A stretch of DNA of 64,000 nucleotides from Octopus vulgaris (Eukaryota), in contig OX597826.1 in the NCBI GenBank assembly GCA_951406725.2, positions 69,998,001-70,062,000 of the forward strand, in the 5' to 3' direction. The notes under the pieces are model-generated. The model was not told where the DNA came from, ran no database searches, and saw only the letters and a program-made list of their open reading frames with translations. This document shows, one piece after another, positions 1 through 14,568 of the stretch. The position numbers were made by a program, and so were the translations under genes. Numbering within the stretch: the first letter of the stretch is position 1; every line of letters starts with the position of its first letter.

Positions 1-1078
1 CAGTGTACATGTGACTAGTAGCACAACCTGCCAAAACGAGTTGCCAAATTTGCTTCAAACGGTACCCAAAGTGTTTATAGAAAAAGAGTGGATGCATTAA
101 ATAATGTAGTACTAAAAAACTATGTATTGGAAAAAAAAAAGTTGGTAGTCAGGAGTGGATTTCCTTTGATAAATTCTCTGCTCCATCACAGATAACCTGG
201 AGCTAAATAAACAACAACAACAACAACAACAACAAAAGCAGAGTAACAAATGTAAGATGAAAGCAACCGCCGCGTAAATTCGGGCGGGGTTTAAATATTT
301 TAATGGCGGCAATCAATATTATATTGGTCAATAGAAACAAAGAAAGACGGGGAGAGGGAGAGAGGGAGAGAGGAACAGAGAGACAAACAGATAGATAGGC
401 AGACAGATAGACAGACAATAAGACACACAGACACACAGAAGAGAAAAAAAAAGGAGGGGGCAGAAAGAATGTATGGTTAACAGTTATATTTATAACCGTT
501 TGGAAAAAAACTAGACGTCATCCTTGTTAGTGATATGATATCATTGATATATGTTAATGGCACGGAATTGTTATTACCGACAAATTATTTGTTATATGGG
601 AAGGTAATTATCTGTATTTGTGGTCATATGCATGCATGTATGTAGGTATGAGTATTTGTTTGTTTGTTTGTTTGTGTGTGTGTGTGAAAATGTTGCTGCG
701 AATAAGTTTGTTTCACTATGTAGGGTTTGTATGTCTACAAATATATCTATATATGTATATAGGTATGTATGAGTCTGTCCGTTTGCTTGTACGTACGTAT
801 GTATGTATGTATGTATGTATGTATGTATGTATGTATTATGTATGTATGTATGTATGTATGTATGTATGTATGTATGTATGTATGTATGTATGTATGTGTG
901 AAATAGTGGTGGGTGCCCCGGCATGGCCACAGCCTTAGGGCTCAAACGTATAAAAGGTGCGTAAGATATTTGAGGATAGATTTATGTTTATAAAAGAAAA
1001 CAGATATATAATAACAAATAATAACTTTATTTAACAAAAAATGCTATGAGGATAAAAATAAACTTTCTTTTCTATAAT

Positions 1079-1870
1079 GTTATTTAATAAAGCCACCTTC
1101 AGCTTCAACAACTGCTTTTGTATGAGATCTAAATCATCTACATGCTCGAATCAAGTGGGTCTGGTTAATTTCGGACATTACTCTGACTATGGCAGCTTTC
1201 AAAGAAACTTTGGTGTTACAAGCGTGTTCATTGACCTCTCTCTCAACAACGTTCCACATGTAATAGTCCAATGGATTGAGATCTGGGGAATTAATGGGCC
1301 AAATGTTAGGGGTTATGTGATCATGAAAATTTTCAGCCATCCATTCCTGTGTCACTAGAGCCAAGTGTGATAGTGCAGAGTCTTACTGAAACACATATGG
1401 CCTTCCATTGTATACGTTGTCTATCCAGGGCTTGACAATTATTTCCAGGACCTCAATGCAGGCGGCAGAGTTAACTGTCAGGCCTTGTGGAAAGAAGTAA
1501 GGAAGCATCACATGTCCTTTATTGCTGACAACCCCTAAAACCGTGAGAGTTGCAGGAAATTTTATATGCATAACATTTGGAACTTCAGAATGCTCTGCAC
1601 ATAACAAATCTGTCATTTCTTCTGTTAATTTTTTGATCTTGGTCGATGTTTTTCTTGTTTGAGAAAGACCAAATTATATCTTCTTCTGCTGGATTTTTCA
1701 GTCTGTTAAAGAGCTTTTTAGATCTGATGTAGTGATTTTCTTTTGCTTTTTCGGACAAATTGCCCTTTCCCTCATCATATAAGACTTGTATCTGATGTCT
1801 TCCTGGACAACATTTCTGGCTGTTCCTTCTGACACATGGAGATCTTTTGCAATTGACCTCATGGACTTCT
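1079..1870 (-). mobile_element. Degenerate Tc1/mariner transposase (DDD domain, maT/DD37D-like), frameshifted
   Basis: Three consecutive minus-strand ORFs give WSFSNKKNIDQDQKINRRNDR, KFPATLTVLGVVSNKGHVMLPYFF...PYVFQ and WPINSPDLNPLDYYMWNVVE, ending GGFIK*. Confidence 0.85.
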
Positions 1871-1969
1871 GGGATTGTAATCAATGGTCAGTTGTCAAGC
1901 GGTGTGGAGGACAAACACAAAGTCAGACATGCACAAACACACCCCTTCCCCATACACACACACTCATTC

Positions 1970-2021
<52 letters not shown>

Positions 2022-2198
2022 GTGTGTGTGTGCGTGTGTGTGTAGTAGTAGTAGAAAACACTTGACCATGGTGCCAAGCAGTGGAACCGAACCCCGAAAC
2101 CTTGTGCTTGATACTTGCAAAGCGAACTTCTTAACCATGCAGCCATATCGATATTTTCTCACTCTCTCTCTCACTCTCTCTCTCCCTCTCTCTCTTTC

Positions 2199-2243
<45 letters not shown>

Positions 2244-2603
2244 TTCTGTCCATTCATTCCGTTAATTTTACCTTCTTGAAGAAATCATCTTCGGTGAGAC
2301 TTTCAGAGGAATGGGCTCTGCTACTCCAACAAATCCCTGAGATATCCCTATGCAACGACGACGGCGCCCCTGCAACTCCGTTCCACAGTATGTATGTTTG
2401 TGTGTCTATTTGTCTCCCACGATCACTTGACAACCGATGTTGGTGTGTTTACGACCCCGTAACTTACCGGTTCGGCAAAAGAGAACGATAGAATAACTAC
2501 TAGGCTTACAAAAAAATACGTCCTGGCATCGATTTGTTCGACTAAAGGCAGTGTTCCAGCATGGCCGCAGTCAAATGACTGAAACAAATGAAAGAATATA
2601 TAT

Positions 2604-2634
<31 letters not shown>

Positions 2635-2635
2635 G

Positions 2636-2775
2636 AGGAGTGGCTGTGTGGTAAGTAGCTTGCTTACCAACCACATGGTTCCGGGTTCAGTCCCACTGCG
2701 TCTTCAGGTATAGCCCCGGGACGACCAAAGCCTTGTGAGTGGATTTGGTAGACAGAAACTGAAAAGAAGCCAGTC

Positions 2776-2831
<56 letters not shown>

Positions 2832-3055
2832 ATGTGTTTGTGTGTCTGTGTTTGTCCCCCTAGCATTGCTTGACAACCGATGCTGGTGTGCTTACGTCTC
2901 CGTCATTTAGCGGTTCGGCAAAAGAGACCGATAGAATAAGTACTGGGCTTACAAAGAATAAGTCCCGGGGTCGATTTGCTCCACTAAAAGGCGGTGCTCC
3001 AGCACGGCCGCAGTCAAATGACTGAAACAAGTGAAAGAGTAAAAGAGAGTAAAGA
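2636..3055 (+). mobile_element. tRNA-derived SINE family A with internal microsatellite (a further 3' half at ~2400-2595)
   Basis: Head GGAGTGGCTGTGTGGTAAG...GGTTCAGTCCC (A/B-box-like), body GAAGCCNGTCG-(TA)n-GTGTCTGTG, tail ...GCAGTCAAATGACTGAAACAAG(TAAAAGAG)n. The same layout recurs many times in the window. Confidence 0.85.
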
Positions 3056-3312
3056 ATATATATATATATATATATACACACACACGTGTGTGTGTGTATG
3101 GATGTATCTATCTATTTATGTGTATGTATATACATATACTAATCAGGAGAGTGTTATCGCATTTTGTCCCGACCTTTTGGAGGATGTTTATTCATTATCG
3201 ATAAAATAAGCATTAATTGTTACATGCTAATGTTTTTTTTCTCCATTTTACTTTCTTTGTAGATTATTTTATACCTCAGTAATTAAATTCCTATTGATTT
3301 TATTGTTTCAAA

Positions 3313-3965
3313 ATGAATTTTAATGAGCCCCATATCAGATACTGAACGCTGTATGAATTGACAAGGGACTTTGCAACAATAGAAGTAGCAAGAAATATAT
3401 GTTCTGGCTATGGAAATGAAGCTTCAATTGTCCATATATACTTACATGCCTGTAGCTAAAGAAGGGACGGCGCACTGGATGGTACTGCACCCTCTTTATT
3501 CGATGATGCACCCTCAGATTTAGAAAATGCAGTTCATAAAACTCTTCCTGAAATCTGATTATCGTACCCGTCACTAAGGTTACCACCACCCCCACTATTC
3601 AATGGTGCTACCTTCAAATTTAGAAAATACAGTTTACAAACATCTTCCCGCAATACAAATTAGTGCTCACAGAGTGTATTCTGATGCACCCTCAGGTACT
3701 AAAGTCTGGCGACAAGCCTGCTTGCATATCAACGATGGCTGTGCCTGTTTCCGTCGGAAAAATTTTCTCACGCAGATTCCCCACGAAAAGGACGACCAAA
3801 TTCTTTCAATATCGACCTTCTGAAACCCGTAGAGGAGGAAAATCCAAACCAATCTTCACAAGAATTAGTAAAATAATTCAATTCAAGCCACACGTTGATC
3901 GTAAAACATCTCGAAGTAGGGAAAGTGTCTAAACTTGATCAGAGATTCCCTTGTCATCTGAATGG
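3313..3965 (+). mobile_element. Mariner transposase N-terminal relic interrupted by a ~280-bp insert (~3440-3720)
   Basis: Manual translation: MNFNEPHIRY*TLYE...EVARNICSGYGNEA, resuming FRRKNF/SHADSPRKGRPNSFNIDLLKPVEEENPNQSSQEL...HL/GKVSKLD. These match mariner HTH motifs. Confidence 0.7.
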
Positions 3966-3968
3966 TGT

Positions 3969-4280
3969 TCAACTTAATCCAAGAGTCAATATTGTTTGCT
4001 TGCTAACACCAAACAACAACGATAATTCACAGACACTTTGAGATGGATCTGACTCAACGGTGGCTTTCAGATCATTATCCACCTTTATTTCTGGTCGACC
4101 ATGTTGTTCATTTGTGAGGTCAAAGTTACCAGAATGAAATTTTGCAAACCAATTTGATACTGTCTGCTGTGTAATAACATTAGAATGAAATACTCCATTA
4201 ATATTCCGAGCTGTCTGTGATGTTATATTTCCAAGAAGGAACTCATATTTCAAAACTGTACGAATTTCTGACTTATCCAT
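3969..4280 (-). mobile_element. Mariner transposase N-terminal HTH fragment
   Basis: ORF MDKSEIRTVLKYEFLLG...TARNINGVF...TVSNWFAKFHSGNFDLTNEQHGRP...VESDPSQSVCELS is a typical mariner DNA-binding region. Confidence 0.9.
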
Positions 4281-4321
4281 CTCTAAACAAAAACAGCAAA
4301 AAACTATTTATAAATACTTTA

Positions 4322-4640
4322 TAAAGAAGCCCATCGTATGTATGTATGTATGTATGTATGTATGTATGTATGTATGTATGTATGTATGTATGTATGTATG
4401 TATGTATGTATGTATGTATGTATTTATGTATTTGTGTGTCTGTGTTTGTCCACCCACCATCGCACGACAACCAATGTTGATGTGTTTACGCCGCCGTAAC
4501 TTAGCGGTTCAGCAAAAGAGACCGATAGAATAAGTACTAGGCTTACAAAGAATAATTCCTCGGGTCGATTTGCTCGACTAAAGGCGGCGCTCCAGCATGG
4601 CCGCAGTGAAATGACTGAAACAAATAAAAGAATAAGAGAA
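4322..4640 (+). mobile_element. SINE family A, 3' portion with internal (TATG)n
   Basis: AAGAAGCCCATCG-(TATG)n-...CGTAACTTAGCGGTTC...CAGCATGGCCGCAGTGAAATGACTGAAAC. Confidence 0.8.
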
Positions 4641-4863
4641 CAAATATACTTATATGTTGAATGGGGTGGGTTTTTTCATGAATGTATATAGCGAAGCAGG
4701 TAGATAAGTACGGAGGTAGCCATGGGTGACTGCTGATATTTAACCTGCCAAATTATATACAAATAAGAACTATAAAAGCGAACAGACAAAACGCAAGCTC
4801 CAAATAATTTACGCACACATAAACACACCCAGGTCACAGGAGTTTCTCTCTGTCTTTATACAT

Positions 4864-4920
<57 letters not shown>

Positions 4921-4970
4921 CGCAGATGCATGCACTCACAGACACATATGTTTCTATGTATGTAAATTTG

Positions 4971-5019
<49 letters not shown>

Positions 5020-5266
5020 ATGTGTGCGTGTGTCCGTGTCTGATTCTATACGTGTGTGCATTTATAAATATATATATATGTATATATCTATATGTATTTT
5101 AATATATGTGTGCATCTATGTATACACACACATGCATATATATATTTGTGCATGTGTGTGTGTGTATGTTTGTGTGCAGATGTGTGTATATATATATATG
5201 CTTGTTCAGATGCATATATATATATATATATATATATTAGATATATCTATATATGCTTGTACATAT

Positions 5267-5312
<46 letters not shown>

Positions 5313-5727
5313 GTGTGAGTTTGTGTATGTATATATGTATGTACATGTATATATACAGACATACATAGCATAAAATGACATAAATACACACATACACACA
5401 CACACACAAACACACACACATTAAGCAACATAAATAAATAAATATATATTTGAATATAAATTCATATCACACCCAAACATGAATAGATATGACGCAGTGT
5501 TTGTAAACATATATATTTCTGCTCTGGGAGTATGCTCGCGTGCGCGCGCCTCTGTGCAAGCGTGCCTGCGTTGTGTTTATGTCTTTAGAAGAAAAAAATC
5601 TGAATTCAAATAAAATATTTGTATTAAAATTTGTTTGTATTATAAAACTACACCCACACAAATATTTGCACATTTACATATGATTACGTATGCTTGCGTA
5701 CGTGTACGCATATGGCAATATATACAT

Positions 5728-5800
<73 letters not shown>

Positions 5801-5825
5801 GATATATGTATATATATATGTATAG

Positions 5826-5899
<74 letters not shown>

Positions 5900-5940
5900 T
5901 GCATATATATCTATATCTATATATATAATATATGTATGAT

Positions 5941-5996
<56 letters not shown>

Positions 5997-6479
5997 GTTT
6001 GATTTGCACCTGAAGGCGTGGCAAGTTTGCTTCTCACCCACATGGTTCCAAGTTCAATCCCACTGCGTGTCACCCAGCGCGAATATCTCTTACCATATTC
6101 CCGAAAGGACAAAAGCCTTGTGATTAGATTTGGTAGACGATATATATATATATATATATATATATATCTTCTTGCTCTGTTAAAGTAGTTTAGTAAAATT
6201 ATATTAATATCCGACTAATTAAAATTCTGTTTATTTGTGCAGCAGAGGATAGGTCTGCATTTAAATTGGTGTAACGATCGCATTCTTCAATTAAATGGAG
6301 TCACTAGAAACGGTCGTACTGCATCACTTCTTGATATCCTGTTGCTTATTGTGATTTTATCCACCTTACTTCGAGCTGTGCGGATAATACCGGACTGACT
6401 TAGTGCTTCAACTTAAGTACATAACAACAGAATCTCAATTATTTCTTAACTCGTCAATATGTATGTATATATGTGTTTA

Positions 6480-6533
<54 letters not shown>

Positions 6534-6648
6534 TCCCGTGGGCTGGGGGAACACATACACCACAGAAACCGGGAAACCGTGACCATAAGCCCGGCTAGGC
6601 TTGAAATGTGCGACGATTATCGTTTTATATATATATATATATATATAT

Positions 6649-6752
6649 ATACCGGAGTAAACACATAAATGTGAAACAAGGTGGAAAAAAGAGTACTCAA
6701 ATACCAGTGGTAGAGTAATATGCTTTATTTTAAGCAGCAGAAAATTCAACAA
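6649..6752 (-). mobile_element. Short repeat, probable Penelope-like pLTR fragment (second copy at 11243-11365)
   Basis: Near-identical to 11243-11343. Both copies are embedded in (TA)n. Confidence 0.5.
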
Positions 6753-7479
6753 TATATATATATATTAGAAAAAGAGGGGTTACAAAATTCAAGCAGGTAC
6801 CAATAAAGCACTCAGCATTAAAATAATTTGGTTACCAATTTCCAACAATTAGTCACCAGTAAATATCAGTAGAATACACATCCAAGATAAATCCTGACGC
6901 ACAACAAGTAAATCAAAATAGAAGAATTTCGAGGAATTCACGGTATTTGACAACAAATCAATACGCGTAGAGAAAATCGCGTCTTTATCATAGAATTCAC
7001 CTTACAAAGCGATCAATTGTTTTTGTCTTAGAAGTTTCATACACCAAATCTGGGGGTCGGCTTGGGGCTTCGGTAAATAACGCCATCACAAAATGATACG
7101 CAACAAGATCGAACCTGAATTCTCAAGATTATGAGGCGAATTCTTTAACGATTCGGCGCTGCTTCGTCTGTGCGTAAATGCGTACATACATACATACATA
7201 CATGCATACATCCATACAGAGAAACATACATACATACATACATACATACATACATACATACATACATACATCCATACATACATAAATACATACATACATA
7301 CATACATACATACATACATACGTACATACGTACATACATACAGCGAGGGGCAGACAATGAAACAATCAGAAATGTATGTATATACGCATGTTTCTACGTA
7401 TGGAACTTTCTCCCTTACCCTATCTTTTCTCTCTCTCTCTCTCTCTCTCTCGATACATACATACACACATACACACACA

Positions 7480-7629
7480 CACACATATATATATACACAC
7501 ACATACATGCATACATAGATATATTCACACATCTATAAAAATACATATATACATATATGCATACACACATACATACATGAATACATACATACACACATAC
7601 ATATGTACGTACATACATACATACATAAT

Positions 7630-7660
<31 letters not shown>

Positions 7661-7758
7661 TATATATACACACACACATACATGCATACATACATATATT
7701 CACACATCTATAAAAATACATATATACATACACATACATACATGTATACATACGTACG

Positions 7759-7814
<56 letters not shown>

Positions 7815-8398
7815 CACACACATACATACATGCATACATAGATATATTCACACATCTATAAAAATAAATATATACATATATACATACACAATGCATACAT
7901 GTATACATACACACATACACACATACATATATACGTACGTACATACATACACACACACACATATATATATATATACACACACACATACATGCATACATAG
8001 ATATATTCACACATCTATAAAAATACACATATACATATATACGCACACACATACATACATGTATACATACGTACGTACATACACACACACACACATATAT
8101 ACGTACAAACATACATACATACATACATACACACACACATACACACACATATATATATATACACACACATACATGCTTACATAGATATATTCACACATCT
8201 ATAAAAATGCACATATACATATATACATACACATACATACATGTATACATTCGTACGTACATACATACACACACACACATATATATATATACACACACAC
8301 ATACATGCTTACATAGATATATTCACACATCTATAAAAATACACATATACATATATACATACACACAGATACATACATGTATACATACATACATACAT

Positions 8399-8473
<75 letters not shown>

Positions 8474-8620
8474 TACATGCATACATACATATATTCACAC
8501 ATCTATAAAAATACACATACATATATACATACACACATACATGTATACATACATACATACATACATACATACATACATACATACATACACACATACATAC
8601 ATATACACACACATACATAA
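7480..8620. repeat. Higher-order minisatellite, 7 units of ~130-185 bp built from CA/TA/CATA microsatellites
   Basis: Anchor ATATTCACACATCTATAAAAAT at ~7521, 7696, 7844, 8003, 8187, 8319 and 8491. Confidence 0.85.
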
Positions 8621-8962
8621 AAAGAGATATATAAGTCGATTATGTAGTTGTTGCAAAAGCAATTTCGAAATGAAGGCAACAGCTCCGTTCTATATTACCA
8701 ATTATCGCTGTTGAATTCAGCTTCTTAAATCAATAATAGCTAGAGAAATCGATTATTCAAAGTGGAGTGAATGAAGGAATGTACACACTGATATATAGAT
8801 AAGCCGATGAAGATGCTTGTATGTAGTCGCTTGATGTGGTAAATATCGCAGCCTAATCTCAGTCTGATTGCATTACGATGCGGGAAATGTATTTACGTAG
8901 CGATCTGAAGCGCTAAAATTAGCAGCCAAATTAACCCAAGGATTTACTCCCTATTGTCTGAG

Positions 8963-9330
8963 AAATATATTTCTTTACTGCCCACAAGGGGCTAAACACG
9001 GAGATGACAAAGAAGGACAGACAAACGGATTAAGTCGATTACATCGACTCCAGTGCGTAACTGGTACTTAATTTATCGACCCCGAAAGGATGAAAGGCAA
9101 AGTCGACCTCGGTGGAATTTGAACTCAGAATGCAAAGACAGACGATATACCTATTTCTATTTCTTTACTGCCCACAAGGGGTTAAACACAGAAGGGACAA
9201 AGAAGGACAGACAAACGGAATAAGTCGATTACATCGACCCCAGTGCGTTACTGGTACTTAATTTATCGACTCCGAAAGGATGAAAGACAAAGTCGACCTC
9301 GGCGGAATTTGAACTCAGAACGTAACGACA
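8963..9330 (-). mobile_element. SINE family B tandem dimer with Tx1-like tails
   Basis: Two head-to-tail copies of GTTCTGAGTTCAAATTCC...GTCGACTTTGCCTTTCATCCTTTCGGGGTCGATAAATTAAGTACCAG...CCCCTTGTGGGCAGTAAAGAAATA. Confidence 0.85.
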
Positions 9331-9638
9331 GAGAAATAAATAGTGCTTGATGGCTAGTAAAGTCGAGCAAAAATAGACGGGAGACGGGAAACGAGAGACG
9401 AGATGGTCACAGTTGGAACCTTTTGGGATTTGATTTGAGGGTCAGTAAGAACTATGCATATAAGTATGTGCAGGCGTGTGGTGAAGAAATTCGCTTTGCG
9501 ACCAGGTGGTTTCGGGTCCAGTTCCACAGCACGGCTCCTTGGACAAGTTTCTTCTACTAAAGCCCTGGAACCGACAAATGGACCTGATAGACGGAAACTG
9601 CTTGGAAGCCATTCATATACAAACTCACATACACGCAA

Positions 9639-9773
<135 letters not shown>

Positions 9774-9774
9774 C

Positions 9775-10310
<536 letters not shown>

Positions 10311-11065
10311 TAGATAGATAGATTGATTAATTGATTGTTTGATTGATTGATTGACTGTTAGCGGGAGAAAGACTGACAAAATTCACAGATAGACAGAAAG
10401 ACAGACAGACAGACACACACACAGATTGATAGATAGATATACATACATATATATGTATAAATATATACACACAAATGTGTATATATATATATGTATATAC
10501 ATATATATACATATGTATGTATGTATGAACATATACACATGTACGTGGGTTGCTGAATATGCGTTTTGTGTGTTTACGTGTATGTGTGTGTGTGTCTGCG
10601 CGTGTGTGTGTGTGTGGTGTGTGGTGTGTGTGTGTGTGTGTGAGTGTATACAGTAATTAAATAAGTACCTGTTTAGATAGAGCTAAATAGCTATTAGGGA
10701 ATTTGGCGAAATAAATGCCTGTTGCATTGTGAAATGCGAACAGTGTTATCTAAGAGGATGGAATGTTAAAGAGAGGGACAATTGGAGCAGAGGTGAAGAT
10801 GCGTGTACAAATACACACACACACATACATACATACATACATACATACATACATACATACATACATACATACATACATACATACATACATACATACATGC
10901 ATACATACATGCATGCATACATACATACATACATACATACACATACACACACACATACATACATACATGCATGCATACATACATGCATACATACATACAT
11001 ACATACAGAAAAAGACAGACAGATAGACAGAGGCACAAACAAATTATTTTATACATACACACTCT

Positions 11066-11097
<32 letters not shown>

Positions 11098-11191
11098 ATT
11101 TTTTAATATATATATATATATATATATAATTTTTTAATATATATATATACACATAGATATAAATTTTATATGTAAACAAACACATACATGC

Positions 11192-11242
<51 letters not shown>

Positions 11243-11246
<4 letters not shown>

Positions 11247-11382
11247 GGAGTAAACACATAAATGTGAAACAAGGTGGAAAAAAGAGTACTCAAATACCAG
11301 TGGTAGAGTAATATGCTTTATTTAAAGCAGCAGAAAATTCAACAAAACCTGTTACTCTGAGTTTCTGCTGCTTTAAATAAAG
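11243..11382 (-). mobile_element. Penelope-like pLTR fragment with fold-back end and 3' half of a hammerhead motif
   Basis: Perfect 21-bp inverted repeat at 11316-11336 / 11362-11382. The minus strand reads GAAA-CTC-A-GAG-T-A-ACAGG, followed downstream by AATAAA. Confidence 0.55.
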
Positions 11383-11404
11383 TATATATCTATCTATCTA
11401 TCTA

Positions 11405-11442
<38 letters not shown>

Positions 11443-11574
11443 CATACATACATACATATATATGTACACACACACACGCACACACACATATATAATTATG
11501 CATATATGTTTGTGTGTATATATATGCATCCATACAATTATGATCGTATACAAAATATATTTCATTATAGGTGT

Positions 11575-11614
<40 letters not shown>

Positions 11615-12071
11615 ATACATATCATGTGTGTGTATGTGTGTGTGTGTATGTCTGTGTATGATTATGCATATACTCACTTACACACCCCTACACACAGTCA
11701 TACACCTACATGATTTGCAATGTAATTAAGAGAATATAATTTTCTATGCAATGCGAAAGTCCTTATCTGTTTTGTTTGTTTTTTTATATTTTGCTTTTTA
11801 GTTTCTTAAGGCATGTCTACAAGCAATGTGACGTCATTTCCGCCCGACACATTAACGTCACGAATATTTTCTGAGACCATAGTAACCGAGTGATATATTG
11901 CTGAATATATATATATACATATATATATATATATTTGTATGTGTGTGTGCGTGCGTTTGTATGTGTGTATGTGTGTGTGTGTGTGTGCGTGTGTGTAAAT
12001 CATTCCGCATTGTTTTATCATTATCATTAACATTATTATCACCATCATCATCAGCAGCAGCATCGTTATTA

Positions 12072-12251
12072 TTTAGTGAGAGAGAGCAGTGCATGCCATC
12101 AAAGTGACACAGGGGTAAAAATATACGAAGCCCAGTATACCCATCATGACTACCCGTCCGATAAAGGTACACCAGGCACATGCATCACAACCATATGTGC
12201 GCGGCATGGTGATCTCATATCAAGATAAACAGCGCATGACCTTGCAGGTGG
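12072..12251 (-). mobile_element. 3' fragment of the (TAA)n-associated non-coding retroelement
   Basis: Matches the 3' ~180 bp of the copies at 48888-49170 and 57969-58436. Confidence 0.8.
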
Positions 12252-12489
12252 AATCGATGCAATCGACTCAACTATTATTGTTATTTTTATTATAATTGTT
12301 GTTGTTGTTGTTCTTATCATCATTTACTTAAAATCTGCTCGTTTGCTACAATCACTCCCTGAGACACACCCAGCGTCCGAAGGCGAGTGAAAAATAAGTG
12401 ATGTTACAATACGACTGAAAGTTAGCGGGGGCAAGTGGTAGGAACAGTAGTGAAATATCTTCATGTATTACAACACATACATTTAAATT

Positions 12490-12775
12490 GATAAGGTTTT
12501 TTTCTGAGGATGTTTCTATTACTTTTCAGCACAATCATTTGAATTTCTCTGAGATATGGTTCTCCTGGGATATTATCTAGATGTTTCTGACACCCTTTTC
12601 TTATCATACCTAGAGCACCCATAATAACAGGAACAAGTCTCGCTTTAAGATGCCACATTTTTTGTATTTCACTTTCCAGGTCCTTATATTTATTTAATTT
12701 GTCAAACTCCTTTAAAGATATATTTTCATCAGTGGGAACACTTACATTTATTAGTCTACAAGTATTGTCTGGTTG
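12490..12775 (-). mobile_element. R4/Dong-like non-LTR retrotransposon C-terminal (RLE endonuclease) fragment
   Basis: INVSVPTDENISLKEFDKLNKYKDLESEIQKMWHLKARLVPVIMGALG matches the K..KY.DL..EI..MW / VPVI.GALG motifs of R4-clade RLE domains. Confidence 0.85.
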
Positions 12776-12806
12776 ATTAGCCAGTAGATAGTGAAATTTA
12801 TTTATT

Positions 12807-12934
<128 letters not shown>

Positions 12935-12937
12935 ATA

Positions 12938-13150
12938 AAGCGGCGAGCTGCCAGAGTCGTTAGCACGCCAGGTGAAATGCTTAGCGGTACTTCGTCCGCC
13001 TTTACGTTCCGAGTTCAAGTTCCGCCGAGGTCGACTTTGCATTTAAGCCTTTCGAGGTCAATAAAATAAGTGCCATCTGTGTACTGGAGTCGATGAAATC
13101 GACTTGTCCCCTCCCACAAATTTCAGGCCTTGAGCCTTTAGTGAAGAGGG
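12938..13150 (+). mobile_element. SINE family B monomer with the alternative (non-Tx1) tail
   Basis: GCGGCGAGCTGCCAGAGTCGTTAGCACGCC...GAGTTCAAGTTCCGCCGAGGTCGAC...AAATTTCAGGCCTTGAGCCT. Confidence 0.8.
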
Positions 13151-13669
13151 TTATTATTGTTATTATTATTTTATATATTATTCGATTTCCTGGTTATATT
13201 TTGAATATTTTCTTTGAAATACATAGTTTTCGAACTGTCTTTGGGGATTCCTTTCTATTTTATCTCAAGTTCAACTATGAGTGATCAGATTTTTCCACAA
13301 GAGCATTCCAATTGTGAGCTCCCCGTGTTACATAGAGATGTGTGTTTGCGTGTGTATAAGAACTGCGTCGTATAATATACGCTTCCATTTTAAAGGCATG
13401 ATTTGATGAATATTTGGCAGCTAGTTTTATTTTGTTTTTTGTTTGTTTTCTCCCAATTTCTACGAAGTGAAAGTCACCCAATTAATTTGCTAACAAAACG
13501 CAACCAACGCAATATTCCATCAAACCCATCCCTATATTCTTAACATAGGAGCAATTAAATGAAAAATGTTATTTATGAAATCAAGATCGTGAAAAACGAA
13601 ACGAATATGAAGAATGGGATTGGGCGACCATTCGGTCAAACAATGTTTACTTTCACTCATTGTAATTTC

Positions 13670-13890
13670 TTTTTTTAAAGATATGAGATGTATTAAAATA
13701 CATGATTGCTAGATAAATTAATAGGTGACCAGGATGATAGAATATGCGAATTAGATGAATCAGGAAGTTGAGGGCAGATTAGGGTTAAATTCGTGATTAG
13801 AATCCTAATTGAGGACAGAATTATGGGAGGAGCTGGCAGAATAATCACTATGACGTTTTGCTGTACTCCTTCCAGATCACAACGTTTTAA
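13670..13890 (-). repeat. Unclassified dispersed repeat (second copy at 58512-58720, + strand)
   Basis: About 200 bp shared (AACGTTGTGAT.TGGAAGGA.TACAGCAAAACGTCATAGTG...CTTCCTGATTCATC). Both copies are adjacent to TTA/TAA repeats. Confidence 0.75.
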
Positions 13891-13897
13891 ATTATTA

Positions 13898-13947
<50 letters not shown>

Positions 13948-13969
13948 GTTATTATTATTATTATTATTT

Positions 13970-14340
13970 ATGGGTTTTTCTTCTTCTTTCAAATTTGCTT
14001 CCATTTCTTGCCGAGCGTCTTCCCGACTCCTAGGGCAAAGAAACTCATAGTATACATTGGTAGGCCATTAAACTAAACTTCAGTTCGTTCATTTTCTTTT
14101 TTTTTTTTTGATAGAAATAAAGTTAAATTAAAATACATGGGTAGTAATAATTCTCACATCGACAATGCTCTTCTCAATACGTGTGATGTACCAGTTAAGA
14201 CAATCTTTTGCACTTCTTGCAGGGATGGTAAGCCAGGGATCATTCTCATATAATTTTCAGTTCCCTTCTTGATCATTCCTAGTGCTCCTACGATCACTGG
14301 TATTGTAACCGCCTTGAGATGCCACATTTTCTCAATTTTT
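13970..14340 (-). mobile_element. 5'-truncated R4/Dong-like element (C-terminus plus 3' UTR) inserted in (TAA)n
   Basis: IEKMWHLKAVTIPVIVGALGMIKKG...VQKIVLTGTSHVLRRALSM*. Flanked by (TTA)n on both sides (13890-13968 and 14355-14423). Confidence 0.85.
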
Positions 14341-14352
14341 GATAACCATCGC

Positions 14353-14425
<73 letters not shown>

Positions 14426-14426
14426 T

Positions 14427-14568
14427 GCAAAAAAAAAGAGTGCCATTGTCATCAAGTGAACGATATTTTGGCATCTCGAGGGTCTTCCACGATATTTCGA
14501 CATCTTGTGTATCGTTCACTTGAAAAACAATGACACTCTTTTTCTTTCCTTTTTTTTTTTTTTTTGCT
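14427..14568. mobile_element. Small fold-back element, putative MITE
   Basis: ~33-bp imperfect inverted repeats: AAAAAGAGTGCCATTGTCATCAAGTGAACGATA (14433-14465) and TATCGTTCACTTGAAAAACAATGACACTCTTTTT (14510-14543). Confidence 0.6.

Noticed and set aside
6940-7040. Possible decayed hammerhead/pLTR (ACGCG/CGCGT hairpin between GAATTC sites)
   Set aside because: Core nucleotides are not preserved.
7480-8620. CRISPR-like repeat/spacer appearance
   Set aside because: The spacers are long, mutually related microsatellites, there are no cas genes, and the context is eukaryotic.
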